Below, piece after piece: positions 10,696-23,100 of a stretch of 64,000 bases of DNA. The position numbers and the translations under genes are program-made. How positions within the stretch are numbered: position 1 is the stretch's first letter; every line of letters starts with the position of its first letter. The notes beneath the pieces are model-generated. The model saw only the letters and a list, made by a program, of their open reading frames with translations, ran no database searches and was not told the origin of the DNA. Origin of the DNA: an uncultured Acidobacteriota bacterium. GTDB taxonomy: Bacteria > Acidobacteriota > Blastocatellia > RBC074. The stretch is taken from contig CAWCKY010000006.1 in assembly GCA_963796275.1 (NCBI GenBank), forward strand, positions 2,656,001-2,720,000, written 5' to 3'.

Positions 10696-11914
10696 ACCCA
10701 CTCGAACTCCGCATAACTGTCCATCGTCGTTCCAGTAGATAAATTCCTGGCGTGGCGATTCTTTCGCTTTGCCCTTGAAGAATGGCCCCAGATCATGGCC
10801 GTCGAGGTGAACCTTAAAGGTCTTGGAACCAGCCGCATATCCTTTGAGTGATTTTGTCACAACGTCTGCGTCGCCTGCCGCCGCTACGAACGTCGGCAGC
10901 AGATCCCTCGTGAGCACACATGTCGTTGATGATCGTGCCGGGTTTAATGACGCCCGGCCATCGAATGCACATCGGTACGCGGAAGCCGCCTTCCCAATTT
11001 GTCGCTTTTTCGCCACGGAACGGTGTCTGGCCTCCGTCCGGGTAGGACATGACTTCGGTGCCATTGTCAGTCGTATAAACAACAATCGTGTTGTCGGCGA
11101 TTCCGAGATCGTCGAGCTTCTTGAGAAGCTGTCCTACGTGACCGTCATGCTCGACCATACCGTCCGGATATATGCCCAGGCCGGTCACTCCTTTGGATTC
11201 TGGCTTGAGGTGAGTCCAGACGTGCATTCGGGTGGTGTTCATCCATATGAAGAAGGGTTTGCTGTCCTTGTGCTGGCGATCGATAAAGTCGAGCGCGGCG
11301 CCAAGGAACTCTTCATCCACCGTCTCCATGCGTTTCTTGGTCAACGGTCCGGTGTCCTCGATCTTCTGCTTGCCAACGCGTCCCCAGCGCTTCTCCTCTG
11401 TCGGATCATCTTTGTCCTGTGCCCAGGAATGCAGCACGCCGCGCGGTCCGAACATTTCCTTGAAACGGGGATCCTTTGGATATTTGGGGTCTTCCGGCTC
11501 TTCTTCCGCGTTGAGGTGATAAAGGTTGCCGAAAAATTCGTCAAACCCATGCACTGTGGGTAAAAACTTGTTTTGATCGCCAAGATGATTTTTGCCGAAT
11601 TGGCCACACATATAGCCGAGCGGTTTTAGATATTCGGCGATGGTCGGGTCCTCAAAACTAATGCCCAGGTCGGCGCCGGGTAATCCAACTTTGGTTAGCC
11701 CGGTGCGAATGGGCGACTGGCCGGTGATAAATGCCGCCCGGCCGGCTGTACAGCTCTGCTGGCCGTACCAATCGGTAAACATTGCACCTTCGTTGCCGAT
11801 GCGATCGATATTGGGCGTCCGGTAGCCCATCATCCCGCGATGATAGATGCTGGGGTTGAACCAACCGATATCATCTCCCATTATTACTAGAATGTTTGGT
11901 TTGTTACTTGGCAT
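10693..11914 (-). pseudogene. Arylsulfatase, frameshifted near 10905 and truncated at the 3' end
   Basis: KPNILVIMGDD, QQSCTAGRAAFITG (Cys-type FGly motif), GKNHLG, TTDNG, GEKATNWEGG; continues in another frame (DLLPTF...HLDGHDL...FIYWNDDG) and stops at GVRVG. Confidence 0.85.
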
Positions 11915-12025
11915 TACTTAGTTTTCCTTTCGATATTGGTCAGAAGTTGAAGTTTGTTTGTTTTATGAGTATCTCTAGCCGTCCTGCTTGAGCGGTGACT
12001 TGTCCCACACTCCCAAAGGCGCTCG

Positions 12026-13462
12026 CTAATTCACCCGCTGCACCGCCGGCGGCGTCCACGAACCGTCGATGACCGCTGCTTTGGGCCAATAAGCACGGCA
12101 ATAAAGCGTAAAGTCGGCATCTTTTGGCGCCGGCAGCCAATTTGTTCGTTGCGTCTCAGACGGCCGATCTGCCTGCACATAGATCGTGAGCGAACCGTCA
12201 TCATTCGTCTTGATATCCTTGTTTTTGGTTCCGACCGAGTAACGATCGATCTCGTTTGGAGTGAAGAAGTGGTGCTCGTTGTATAGGGTCAGTGACCAGA
12301 AGCCGTAAACCGGCGGAGTCTGTTCTTTAGCGAAGGTCACGGTGTAGCGGCCCGAGCCATTAAGGCGATGTCCATCCTTGTCGAGGTCCTGATAGAAGTA
12401 CTTCGTTTCTTTCGGAGCGTTTACAAAGATGTTGGACTTCGCGACCGCGGTGCGTGTGAAGTAGTCGGTGCCGAATGCCGCTTCGTTTGAGATCGTACTC
12501 CAGTTGTGGGGCAGTTGCTGACCGTAATTGCGGAATTGGAAGAGCGGGTTGACCAGTTGTTCGTTGGCATCCACAGCGCCTTCGGTCATGGCCGTTTTGA
12601 TCTGCGGGTCATTCTTTGCCGCGTCGAGTACTGCCAGTACCTGTGCGTAGCGCGCCTCCTCGCCCGGCAGCGGCGGCGCATCGGCGAGAACGACCGGCAG
12701 TGTGTCCACGAAGGATTCAGGCGGGACCCATATCACTTCCTGCTCGCCGGTCGCCGGGTTCGGTAATCTCTGAATCGTGCTCCAATCGATGCTTTTCATC
12801 TTGCCGTCATATTCCGTTAGCGGGTACATCATTATCTGCCGCAGTACCGGCTGGATCGCCTTTCGATCATCAGTCGTATCGTCCATGAAGATGCGAGGCG
12901 CGATGAACCCGGTGTTGGTAGAAGCCCGAAAGACTTCAGTGACTCCCTCGGGTACCTCTCCATGCCAGTTCGGCCCGGTAAGCAAATAGAAGCCTGGGGT
13001 CGAGCCGTACATCTTGCCGATCTGAACGAAACCGTCGCTCCGGAGGTCAACGGCCTGATAGACCCAAAAGCGATCGCCAAAATCGGGCACCTGGATTACG
13101 ACTGGCGATTCCTCGAGGCCCAATGAGCCGCCGCCGTAAACCACGTCCTGGTTCGGGCAGGCGACGATTCGTTCATCAGGGGCCACGTAGTCGGTGAGCA
13201 TGACAATTCGATTGAGCGGCGCGGCCGGCACCGGCCCGGCATAGGCGAGCTCTTTCGATTTCTCCGCGCCAAGGCGCTTGTTATAAATATTGATCAGTGG
13301 CCACGCCCAGAAAAAGGCGTCGCGCGCGACATGCCTGGCATACTCTTTGGTAATCTTGACGCGTCTATCGGGGCCGGGCGGCATTGTGCGTGACCAATTC
13401 GGAGACGGCATCACATCGGTTATAGATATTGCTGCTGCGGTTGGTTGTTTTTTTGTTTTCAT
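12026..13462 (-). CDS. DUF1254/DUF1214 domain protein
   Basis: ACPNQDVVYG, PVVIQVPDFGDRFWVYQ, PPVYGFWSLTLY, NWLPAP, RAYWP, WTPP. Confidence 0.9.
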   Translation of the reverse strand: MKTKKQPTAAAISITDVMPSPNWSRTMPPGPDRRVKITKEYARHVARDAFFWAWPLINIYNKRLGAEKSKELAYAGPVPAAPLNRIVMLTDYVAPDERIVACPNQDVVYGGGSLGLEESPVVIQVPDFGDRFWVYQAVDLRSDGFVQIGKMYGSTPGFYLLTGPNWHGEVPEGVTEVFRASTNTGFIAPRIFMDDTTDDRKAIQPVLRQIMMYPLTEYDGKMKSIDWSTIQRLPNPATGEQEVIWVPPESFVDTLPVVLADAPPLPGEEARYAQVLAVLDAAKNDPQIKTAMTEGAVDANEQLVNPLFQFRNYGQQLPHNWSTISNEAAFGTDYFTRTAVAKSNIFVNAPKETKYFYQDLDKDGHRLNGSGRYTVTFAKEQTPPVYGFWSLTLYNEHHFFTPNEIDRYSVGTKNKDIKTNDDGSLTIYVQADRPSETQRTNWLPAPKDADFTLYCRAYWPKAAVIDGSWTPPAVQRVN

Positions 13463-13487
13463 TTTCCCCTCCTCCTTTCATCTGTCT

Positions 13488-14190
13488 CTAATTCAATTTC
13501 TCGATATCCGGCAGTCTCCACGTCTTATCGAACAATGGCTTTTCCGGACCGTAGATGGACCGGGACGTTTGCCGGCACGTTCAGTCGATAGTTGGCGTTG
13601 CCCTCTAACGGCCTCCCATCCTTATCATTGGCTGTCAGCAAATAGTATTGAGCTTCTCCCACATGCTTGGCTCGGCATCACTGCCACTCTTCAAAACGGA
13701 ACGCAGCAGAGCGTAGCCCTGATAGGTGTCCGAGGGCATTGGAATGTAACCATTGGGCACTTTGGCTTTGTCGTAGCCGGGCGGCAGGATGAGATATCTA
13801 CCACCTGTGCCCTTGTCTACCCCGCCTGGCCCACATCTTCGATGGCGGCCTGCCAGTAATTCATGATGCTTCCGTTGATCAAGCCATCATCGGCGGGCGG
13901 GATCTCCAGCACCACGGGCCCAACGTCCATCGTATTGAAGAAAGGCATGAGATAGATCACGTCGGGATTTGGCGTCAGCGTCTGGTTCTTCCAGTCAAGC
14001 AGACGCGACCAGTAGAGGACCTGGTTGAAGCCGCCTCTGACCTTAGTAATCACCTCCTGATACATAAGATGGTAGTTGACCGCCGGCATGCCCAGATGAC
14101 GGCCTCGACGGTACGGCGTTGAAGCGCGCGCTCGGTCAATTCGGCTGAGCCTAATGTCGATTCGGTTTTGAAACCGGTTTGTGCGTTCAT
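13488..14190 (-). pseudogene. Second DUF1254/DUF1214 gene, frameshifted with large internal deletion
   Basis: N-part RRTVEAVIWGMPAVNY...NQTLTPNPDVIYLMPF...DKGTGGRYLILPPGY; C-terminus IYGPEKPLFDKTWRLPDIEKLN* at 13488-13556; middle missing. Confidence 0.75.
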
Positions 14191-14851
14191 TTATGTAGCT
14201 CCTTTCTTTCTTGTTAGAGGCATGTGAGTACTTCGTTTCATGATGATGACTCCTTTATTGAGTTGGAACAGCGAACCACGGACCACACGAGGAGCTAAGA
14301 GGGATTGAATTTCTTTTGTTGGGGTTCTAAATCACACATGTCCTCAAGACATGCGTAGGTGCGGATAGGTCGATTCAGGCAAGCTGGGATTCCCGTCAAT
14401 CGGCCCAAAAAGGAGGAAGCTCTAATTCGCTATCAATTATAGTTTATTTCCCAGATTCTAACAGGAAGAATGCAAAGTCTGCCCGCTCTATGATGACTGA
14501 CGAGCACGCAAGGCCGCTTTGATGTCTGCGACTCGCTTACGCCACATAGGCTTCGCAAATGACTTCGCCATCAGTATAGTCAAGGTATTGTGTATTTGTT
14601 GTGAAGGTTTCAAACTGACAATGCGGCTACGCATCAGACTTACAGCGATTGTTGCTTTATTTGCCGGTTTGATAATCCGCAGGTGGATCAGGACGAAGTA
14701 AATTCGGGCGAACCGCGCGGGGTGAAAAAAACGCGAAGCGTGTTCGATTTTCCATCGGCGCGTTCGTCTATCCCGTTTGAGAAAGTATTGGTTGATGACG
14801 ACGCTCCATCGTTCTCAACGCGACTAATTCCTAAATCATCAGGAGATCATC

Positions 14852-15427
14852 ATGGCCGACCTGGAAAAAGCAATCGCGACGCAACTAGCCAACATTGAAA
14901 ATCGCAGCGGCAAATCGTTGGACGAACTCGCCGCAATCATCCGCGCCTCCGGCCTCGCTAAACACGGTGAAATCCGCGACATGCTAAAACGCGACCTGGG
15001 ACTGGGTCACGGCGACGCCAACACCCTGACTCATCACGTGCTCAAATCCGATGGGCAAAGCGCCGCTACCGACGCCGGCCTCAGCGTTGACGATGTCGTG
15101 GCGGGACTGTACACGGGGCCAAAAGCCTCCTTGCGCCCTATTCACGACAAGCTGATGGCGGAGATCAACAAGTTCGGGGCTTTCGAGATCGCGCCTAAGA
15201 AGACGTATGTCAGTCTGCGTCGCAAAAAGCAGTTCGCAATGATCGGCCCGGCGACCAAAACGCAGGTGGAAGTCGGTTTGAATGTTAAAGGCCTTGCGCC
15301 CGCCGAGCGGCTGGTCGAACAACCGCCGAACAGCATGTGCAACTATAAGATCAGACTGAGCGCGGTCGCGGAGGTGGACGCCACTTTGATTGCGTGGATT
15401 AAGCAGGCGTTTGAGAGCGCGGGTTGA
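14852..15427 (+). CDS. DUF4287/DUF5655 domain protein
   Basis: QLANIENRSGKSL, LKRDLGLGHGDAN, PKKTYVSLRRKKQFAM, WIKQAF; AGGAG RBS. Confidence 0.85.
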   Translation: MADLEKAIATQLANIENRSGKSLDELAAIIRASGLAKHGEIRDMLKRDLGLGHGDANTLTHHVLKSDGQSAATDAGLSVDDVVAGLYTGPKASLRPIHDKLMAEINKFGAFEIAPKKTYVSLRRKKQFAMIGPATKTQVEVGLNVKGLAPAERLVEQPPNSMCNYKIRLSAVAEVDATLIAWIKQAFESAG

Positions 15428-15681
15428 TTTTGCGCGATTGTGCAGTGCGCGGGACGGAGATGAATATTTGCCGGAACTGCATCAATACATCTTTTGATGT
15501 GAGGAGGTTTAGTCCTATCGCCGCTGCCGAGAACTTCAGCTATTGAAGGGACTTACCCATAGCCGAGTAGACGCAGGGTCCCCAACATTACATTTTTCCC
15601 ACTGCTACCAAACACCAAGTATGATAGTGAACTGTTAATGGATATCCGTTTGTCGGATCATTGAAGAAGGGAGCAGGAACA

Positions 15682-16056
15682 ATGTCTCATGAGTTTCCGT
15701 TGTTTGCCGATCTGCTTGTATTGCTGCTGATCTCAGTCGCCCTCCTGCTGGTAGCGATGGCGCTTCTAATCACTGGCACCCTCAAACTGATTTTACCTTT
15801 CACTCCATATATTGTTTTTGCCGGAGCCATCACCCTGAGCGTGTGGATCAGTGGAATCAAGGGCGGGATTTTGAGCCTCCTGATCTCAGTGCTGATCGTC
15901 AATTTTTTCTTTTTCCCTCCCCTTTATTTGTTGACGCTGAACACCAATGACCTGTGGCGTCTAGTAGTGTTTGGGTTGGCGTTGATCGTTGCCGTTTTTA
16001 TGCGCAAAAGCGCTCTCGCCCGGCAACATCCCGCCTCCGGCTCTTCCCCCAGGTGA
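15682..16056 (+). CDS. Small membrane protein with DUF4118-like (KdpD TM-type) region
   Basis: ~124 aa hydrophobic; F..AI.LSVW..G..GG.L...S....NFFFFPPLY...D..RL.VF pattern. Confidence 0.6.
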   Translation: MSHEFPLFADLLVLLLISVALLLVAMALLITGTLKLILPFTPYIVFAGAITLSVWISGIKGGILSLLISVLIVNFFFFPPLYLLTLNTNDLWRLVVFGLALIVAVFMRKSALARQHPASGSSPR

Positions 16057-16240
16057 ATGGGACAATAATCCATCGTGTCATAAAGAGAGCGTACCGTGTA
16101 ATGAAGGCTTGTAAAATTAAGTCCTAAAAGCGGGCTTGATTCTGGATTTCCAGTGGTCAATCCAGCTTTCGGAAGGGACACGTCCTTTGTGTTTATGGAA
16201 ACGCGCGGGATGTATAGCGCGTCTTATGATAGGGGTACCA

Positions 16241-17689
16241 ATGACGATTGAAAAAAACTTCCGCAATCTGATAGCCGCAGTTTTGACTTCATTGTTGATC
16301 ACCGGCGGCGCGCAAGCGTTTCCCGCAATTCAGGACGCCGCCTCCCAATCCGGCGCGTCGAATCAAAGCATCGAAGGCGCGTGGGAAGGGACGCTCGATT
16401 TTGGAGCCGCAAAGCTCCGGCTCGTGCTCAAAATCTCCAAGGCCGCCGACGGCTCGCTCACCGCCAAAGCTGACAGCCCCGATCAGGGTGCGACGGACCT
16501 GCAGGTTGACGCCATCAGCCTCAAAGAAGGCGCCGTGCGTTTCGAGATGAAACGGCTCATGGCCTCTTACGAAGGGACATTGAAGAGAGAGGCTTCGGAG
16601 ATTGTGGGGGAATTCAAACAGGGCGGCATATCTATGCCACTGACATTGAAACGAACGGCAAGGCCCACCGCGCTCAATCGTCCACAGGAACCGAAGAAGC
16701 CTTACCCTTACGATGAGGAAGAAGTCGGTTACGAAAACAGACGCGATGGCGTGAAACTGGCGGGCACGCTGACATTGCCGCGTGGCAAAGGCCCGTTTCC
16801 GGCGGCTCTGCTCATCACCGGATCAGGTCCGCAAGATCGCGACGAATCGCTGCTCGGCCACAAACCTTTTCTCGTGCTCGCCGATTATCTGACGCGGCAG
16901 GGCATAGCGGTGCTGCGCGTTGACGACCGCGGCGTGGACGGCTCGACCGGCAGCGTGCCGAACTCGACCAGTGAAGATTTGGCCGCCGACGTGACGGCCG
17001 GGATCGAATTTCTGAAGGCGCGAAAGGGGATTGACTCTAAACAAATCGGCCTGATAGGCCACAGTGAAGGTGGGTTGATCGCGCCGATGGTGGCGGCGCA
17101 AAACGCCGATGTGGCTTTCATCGTATTGATGGCCGGCACCGGGCTGACCGGCGAGGAGATTCTTTACCTGCAGGGCTCGTTGATCTTGAAAGCCGGCGGG
17201 GCGAGCGTCGAGCAGTTGGCTAAACAGCGCGCGACTCAGGAAATCATTTTCAAAGTCCTGAAAGAGGAGAAAGACCCCGCGGCTGCCGAGAACCGGCTTC
17301 ACGAAGAACTGTCAAAAAGCGCGACCGAAGAAGAGAGGAAAAAATTCGCGATTCAGATTAAGCAAGTGAATACTGTGTGGTTCCGGTACTTTTTGACATT
17401 CGATCCGCGCCCCGCGCTGCGGGAAGTGAAATGCCCAGTGCTTGCGCTCAACGGCGAAAACGACCTGCAAGTGCCCGTGAACGAAAACCTGCGCGAGATC
17501 GAGGCCGCGCTCAAAGCCGGTGGGAATAAAGACGTCACCATCGTCCGGCTGCCGAAACTCAATCACCTTTTTCAAACCAGCGAGACCGGATCGCCGAGCG
17601 AATACGTCAAGATCGAAGAGACCATCGCCCCGATCGCGCTGAAGACTATCGGCGATTGGATTCAAAAACGGACCACGACACAAAGGTGA
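16241..17689 (+). CDS. Secreted alpha/beta hydrolase (serine peptidase/esterase-like)
   Basis: Signal peptide (..GGAQA), LAGTLTLP, GSGPQDRDE, DDRGV, GHSEGG nucleophile, NGENDLQV, LNHLFQ. Confidence 0.9.
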   Translation: MTIEKNFRNLIAAVLTSLLITGGAQAFPAIQDAASQSGASNQSIEGAWEGTLDFGAAKLRLVLKISKAADGSLTAKADSPDQGATDLQVDAISLKEGAVRFEMKRLMASYEGTLKREASEIVGEFKQGGISMPLTLKRTARPTALNRPQEPKKPYPYDEEEVGYENRRDGVKLAGTLTLPRGKGPFPAALLITGSGPQDRDESLLGHKPFLVLADYLTRQGIAVLRVDDRGVDGSTGSVPNSTSEDLAADVTAGIEFLKARKGIDSKQIGLIGHSEGGLIAPMVAAQNADVAFIVLMAGTGLTGEEILYLQGSLILKAGGASVEQLAKQRATQEIIFKVLKEEKDPAAAENRLHEELSKSATEEERKKFAIQIKQVNTVWFRYFLTFDPRPALREVKCPVLALNGENDLQVPVNENLREIEAALKAGGNKDVTIVRLPKLNHLFQTSETGSPSEYVKIEETIAPIALKTIGDWIQKRTTTQR

Positions 17690-17754
17690 GACAGGTTCGG
17701 GGGATTGACCTTGGATGGAGAGGTCGAACGGTTGGTCCATCAAGTCTTCGAGGG

Positions 17755-17877
17755 GATTGGGTTCGGCCAGCCCGACCAGTCGTTTCTCGCCGAGCAGATA
17801 TAACAACCCGTCCGCGTAACCGATCGAGCCTTTGCCGACGCTGCGGTCTTTCCACATCACCTTGCCCGTATTGAATT
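17755..17877 (-). pseudogene. Orphan fragment of a PQQ-propeller gene paralogous to 33490-33612
   Basis: FNTGKVMWKDRSVGKGSIGYADGLLYLLGEKRLVGLAEPNP vs FNTGKVMWKDRSVGKGSIGYADGMLYLLGEKQLVGLAEANP; differences are mostly synonymous. Confidence 0.85.
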
Positions 17878-17984
17878 GGCGAGCCATTCTGGATCAACAG
17901 CATGCGCCACAACTCGAGTCCTCGCATTGCGTGTCCTGAACATTTACGAGAAATCCTTATTCAAATCACTATGATTGACTTCGT

Positions 17985-20400
<2,416 letters not shown>

Positions 20401-20433
20401 CTCTCACTCTCCTTGATTCAATAGCGACAAACG

Positions 20434-21375
20434 TTATGTCAGTGCGTTTTTGCAATAGTTAAGGCATTTGCTCATTTCGGTTATGAGGTCTGATCCTTCG
20501 GGCACCTGGTACTCGAACTCAATATTGGCAGGGAAAGCATACTTCTCCTTCGCCATCAGTCGCAGCACCTCTGTGATCGGCGTGTCACCTTGTCCCCAGG
20601 GCACGTTCGGCCCCTGATTCTTTTTCCGATCTTTCAAATGAAGGCTAGTGATCCGGCCGTGGTGCTCTTTGATATAATCCACCGGATCGAAGTTGGCCGC
20701 CGTGAAATGGCCGATATCTAGATTGACGCCGATGTATTTCGAGAACGACATGATGGTTGCAAAGCTCTGGGGCGTGGCGAACTCTTCGGGATCGGTGAGA
20801 TTCGAATGGCCGTGGCCGCCCCACATGATCTTGTGTTTGTCTGCAAACGGCGCGACACGCTTGGCAAAGCTCACGGTAGAACTCGAGGAGATCGATTCGA
20901 TGCCGAGCGCCTTCGCCATCTGGAACGCATACTCGATCTCGTCATCAGTGGCTGTCATACGCTGGTTGAAGCAAAGAATCGGGATATCAATTTCAGCGTC
21001 ATTGAACTTCTTCTTGACAGTCTTGAATGTATCGGGCGAAGTCTCCATGCGCCATTTGCGCAGCGCTTCCTGCTGCTGGCGCAGTGCTTCCTGCTGTTCG
21101 GGTGTCATCTGGCTTCGGCCGCCACCTCTTTGACCGCCTGAACGTGCTACCTGAGGTGCGCCAGCCAATGCTTCGCAGTGGTTCGACATCAGTTCCGCTT
21201 CGCCGAGACCAAGCTTGACCATCGCGGGGATGATCTCGCCGGCCGGCAGAGAGCGGAAGCTATAGGTGATAGCGCCGATTTGGATGCCCTTGAACTTAGA
21301 GGTGGTTTGGGCTAGCGCTACTGACAAGGGCAAGCCAGCGAACATCATCTTTCCGAATTTTCGCCTTGAGTACAT
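20434..21375 (-). CDS. Sugar phosphate isomerase/epimerase (xylose isomerase-like TIM barrel), Tat-type signal
   Basis: SRRKFG signal; GAITYSFR, NLDIGHF, HLKDRK, NIEFEY. Confidence 0.88.
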   Translation of the reverse strand: MYSRRKFGKMMFAGLPLSVALAQTTSKFKGIQIGAITYSFRSLPAGEIIPAMVKLGLGEAELMSNHCEALAGAPQVARSGGQRGGGRSQMTPEQQEALRQQQEALRKWRMETSPDTFKTVKKKFNDAEIDIPILCFNQRMTATDDEIEYAFQMAKALGIESISSSSTVSFAKRVAPFADKHKIMWGGHGHSNLTDPEEFATPQSFATIMSFSKYIGVNLDIGHFTAANFDPVDYIKEHHGRITSLHLKDRKKNQGPNVPWGQGDTPITEVLRLMAKEKYAFPANIEFEYQVPEGSDLITEMSKCLNYCKNALT

Positions 21376-21422
21376 GATCTGTATCGCTCCTTTGACTGGG
21401 TGAACATCAACATCCGATTGAG

Positions 21423-22655
21423 CTACATCGCCGTCTTCGTCTGAAAGAGTTGTGGCGCGAATTCGCTCAGATAGTTACGCCAATTGATCCACGTGTGGCC
21501 GCCCTCGCTTTCCTGCGAGACTGGCCTGAACCCATGCTGCTTGAGAAGTTCCACTGTGTTGCGGCTGATGCTGAGCAGGAAATCGTCTTTGCCGATACTG
21601 ACCCAGAGCAGTTTCAGCCCTTTCTTCAAATTGGTATCGTCGAGCTTGGCCTGATGCTGTTTGAGCCACGTTTCTCCCGCTGGCGTTATCTGTGCCGGAG
21701 CGTTCGCTGCAGGCGGTGCGCCTGTGCCGGGAGTTTGGCGTGCAAAGACATTCAGCAAACCCGAACTGAAGACGCCGATGTAACCGAACTTCTCCAGATT
21801 CGGTAGCGCGATGTTGAGCGTCTGATTGCCGCCCATCGAGAGGCCCGCGATCGCGCGGTTTTCGCGGCCCGCGAGCACACGATAGTTCTTCTCGACATAC
21901 GGCATGATGTCGGTCATGAAATCCTGAATAAATTCATCCGGTGGCGGGGCGGCGCTGCTACCTGGCTGCGCGATGCCCGGCAACGGCCCCCGGCCCCTCG
22001 GGCGCGTATGTCCGGCGGGCATGACGATAATCATCGGTCTGGCTTTCTTCGCCGCAATCAAGTTATCGAGAATGAAACCGGCGCGACCGACCGATGTCCA
22101 CGAATCGTCACAATCGCCCGCGCCGTGTAGCAGGTAAAAGGCCGGGAATTTGCCCTGCCCCAATTCATAGCCTGGCGGCGTGTAGACGTGCATGCGTCGG
22201 AATCTGCCGAGCGCTGTTGAGTAGTAAGTGACCGCCGCGATCGCGCCGTGCGGCACGTTCTTCGTGTCGGAGATTTCCGAGCCTGGCACGTGAACGAGGC
22301 TCCTGACATTATCGTTCGACTCGCTAACCAGCGGATTGCGCGGGTCAATCACCGCCACGTCGTTGACGTTGAAGTTGTAGCGATAGGAGCCTGGAGGAAT
22401 AGGGCCGATGGTGATTTCCCAAACGCCCTTGTCGCCCTTGGTCATCGGTTTGCCCTGCCCCATACCTGGAATATCGCTACCCGTGAGCCGAACGCTTTCG
22501 GCTTGCGGCGCGAGCAGACGAAAAGTGATCTGCCTATCTGCCGAAACTTCCGGTGAACTGACAACAGGTGGCGGCGTTTGTTGCGCTGCCTGAGCGGCGG
22601 TCTGCGCCAAAACTGCAGGCGTCAATTCGCAGACCATTAATAATACTGGCCGCAC
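21423..22655 (-). CDS. Secreted esterase with N-terminal CBM48/E-set domain (CE1-like)
   Basis: SPEV...ITFRLLAP, GVWEITIGP, YRYNF, VYTPPGY, YLLHGAGD, AGLSMGG, GGHTWINWR. Confidence 0.9.
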   Translation of the reverse strand: MRPVLLMVCELTPAVLAQTAAQAAQQTPPPVVSSPEVSADRQITFRLLAPQAESVRLTGSDIPGMGQGKPMTKGDKGVWEITIGPIPPGSYRYNFNVNDVAVIDPRNPLVSESNDNVRSLVHVPGSEISDTKNVPHGAIAAVTYYSTALGRFRRMHVYTPPGYELGQGKFPAFYLLHGAGDCDDSWTSVGRAGFILDNLIAAKKARPMIIVMPAGHTRPRGRGPLPGIAQPGSSAAPPPDEFIQDFMTDIMPYVEKNYRVLAGRENRAIAGLSMGGNQTLNIALPNLEKFGYIGVFSSGLLNVFARQTPGTGAPPAANAPAQITPAGETWLKQHQAKLDDTNLKKGLKLLWVSIGKDDFLLSISRNTVELLKQHGFRPVSQESEGGHTWINWRNYLSEFAPQLFQTKTAM

Positions 22656-23022
22656 GAGTGATCAACTTTCCAAATTTCACGGCGGTAGTTCCTTTCTCTT
22701 TGAAGCGAACAGGGCGTGAGCGACCTCTCCGGGCTGGATGGGAACATCATTCAAACAGAGAGATGGATCGCCTGTTGCCCGTGTGCTCTGTAAAAGTCTC
22801 AGATGCACCCTGCTCGATGATTAAATGCAATGGATTAACCGTAATTGCAACTTTCCGGGTGAATATAACCGATGCAGCATTATGAAGAAGACAGTCTCAC
22901 AGCACCAGCCCACGCGCCAAACAGCAACAGTCCCAAAACTTTCCCGAATTTTCGATTTTCCACTCTGAATACTTCTTCTCGCCCCGTTAGCGGCAGGTTA
23001 TTAGTGATGTGGTAGCTCTTCT

Positions 23023-23094
23023 TGCCTCGTCGTGTTAGCGGCGGTTGAATTCAGCCGCACTAAAATCACTTGCCGCTAACACGGCAAAGAGGCA
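23023..23094. repeat. Inverted repeat (CGTGTTAGCGGC / GCCGCTAACACG) directly after the TBDR stop; REP-like hairpin or terminator
   Basis: 12-bp perfect arms at 23031-23042 and 23072-23083 with extended TGCCTC/GAGGCA pairing; partial extra copy at ~22985. Confidence 0.6.
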
Positions 23095-23100
23095 TTCCGC

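Noticed and set aside
14191-14241. 16-aa ORF with RBS (MKRSTHMPLTRKKGAT) as a leader peptide
   Set aside because: More likely the collapsed remains of an upstream gene in a decayed operon; no attenuator seen.
14740-14770. ECF-type promoter (TGTTCGA...CGTTCGTC) before the DUF4287 gene, and a similar candidate at 32830-32866
   Set aside because: Suggestive, but too short and imperfect to call without alignment.
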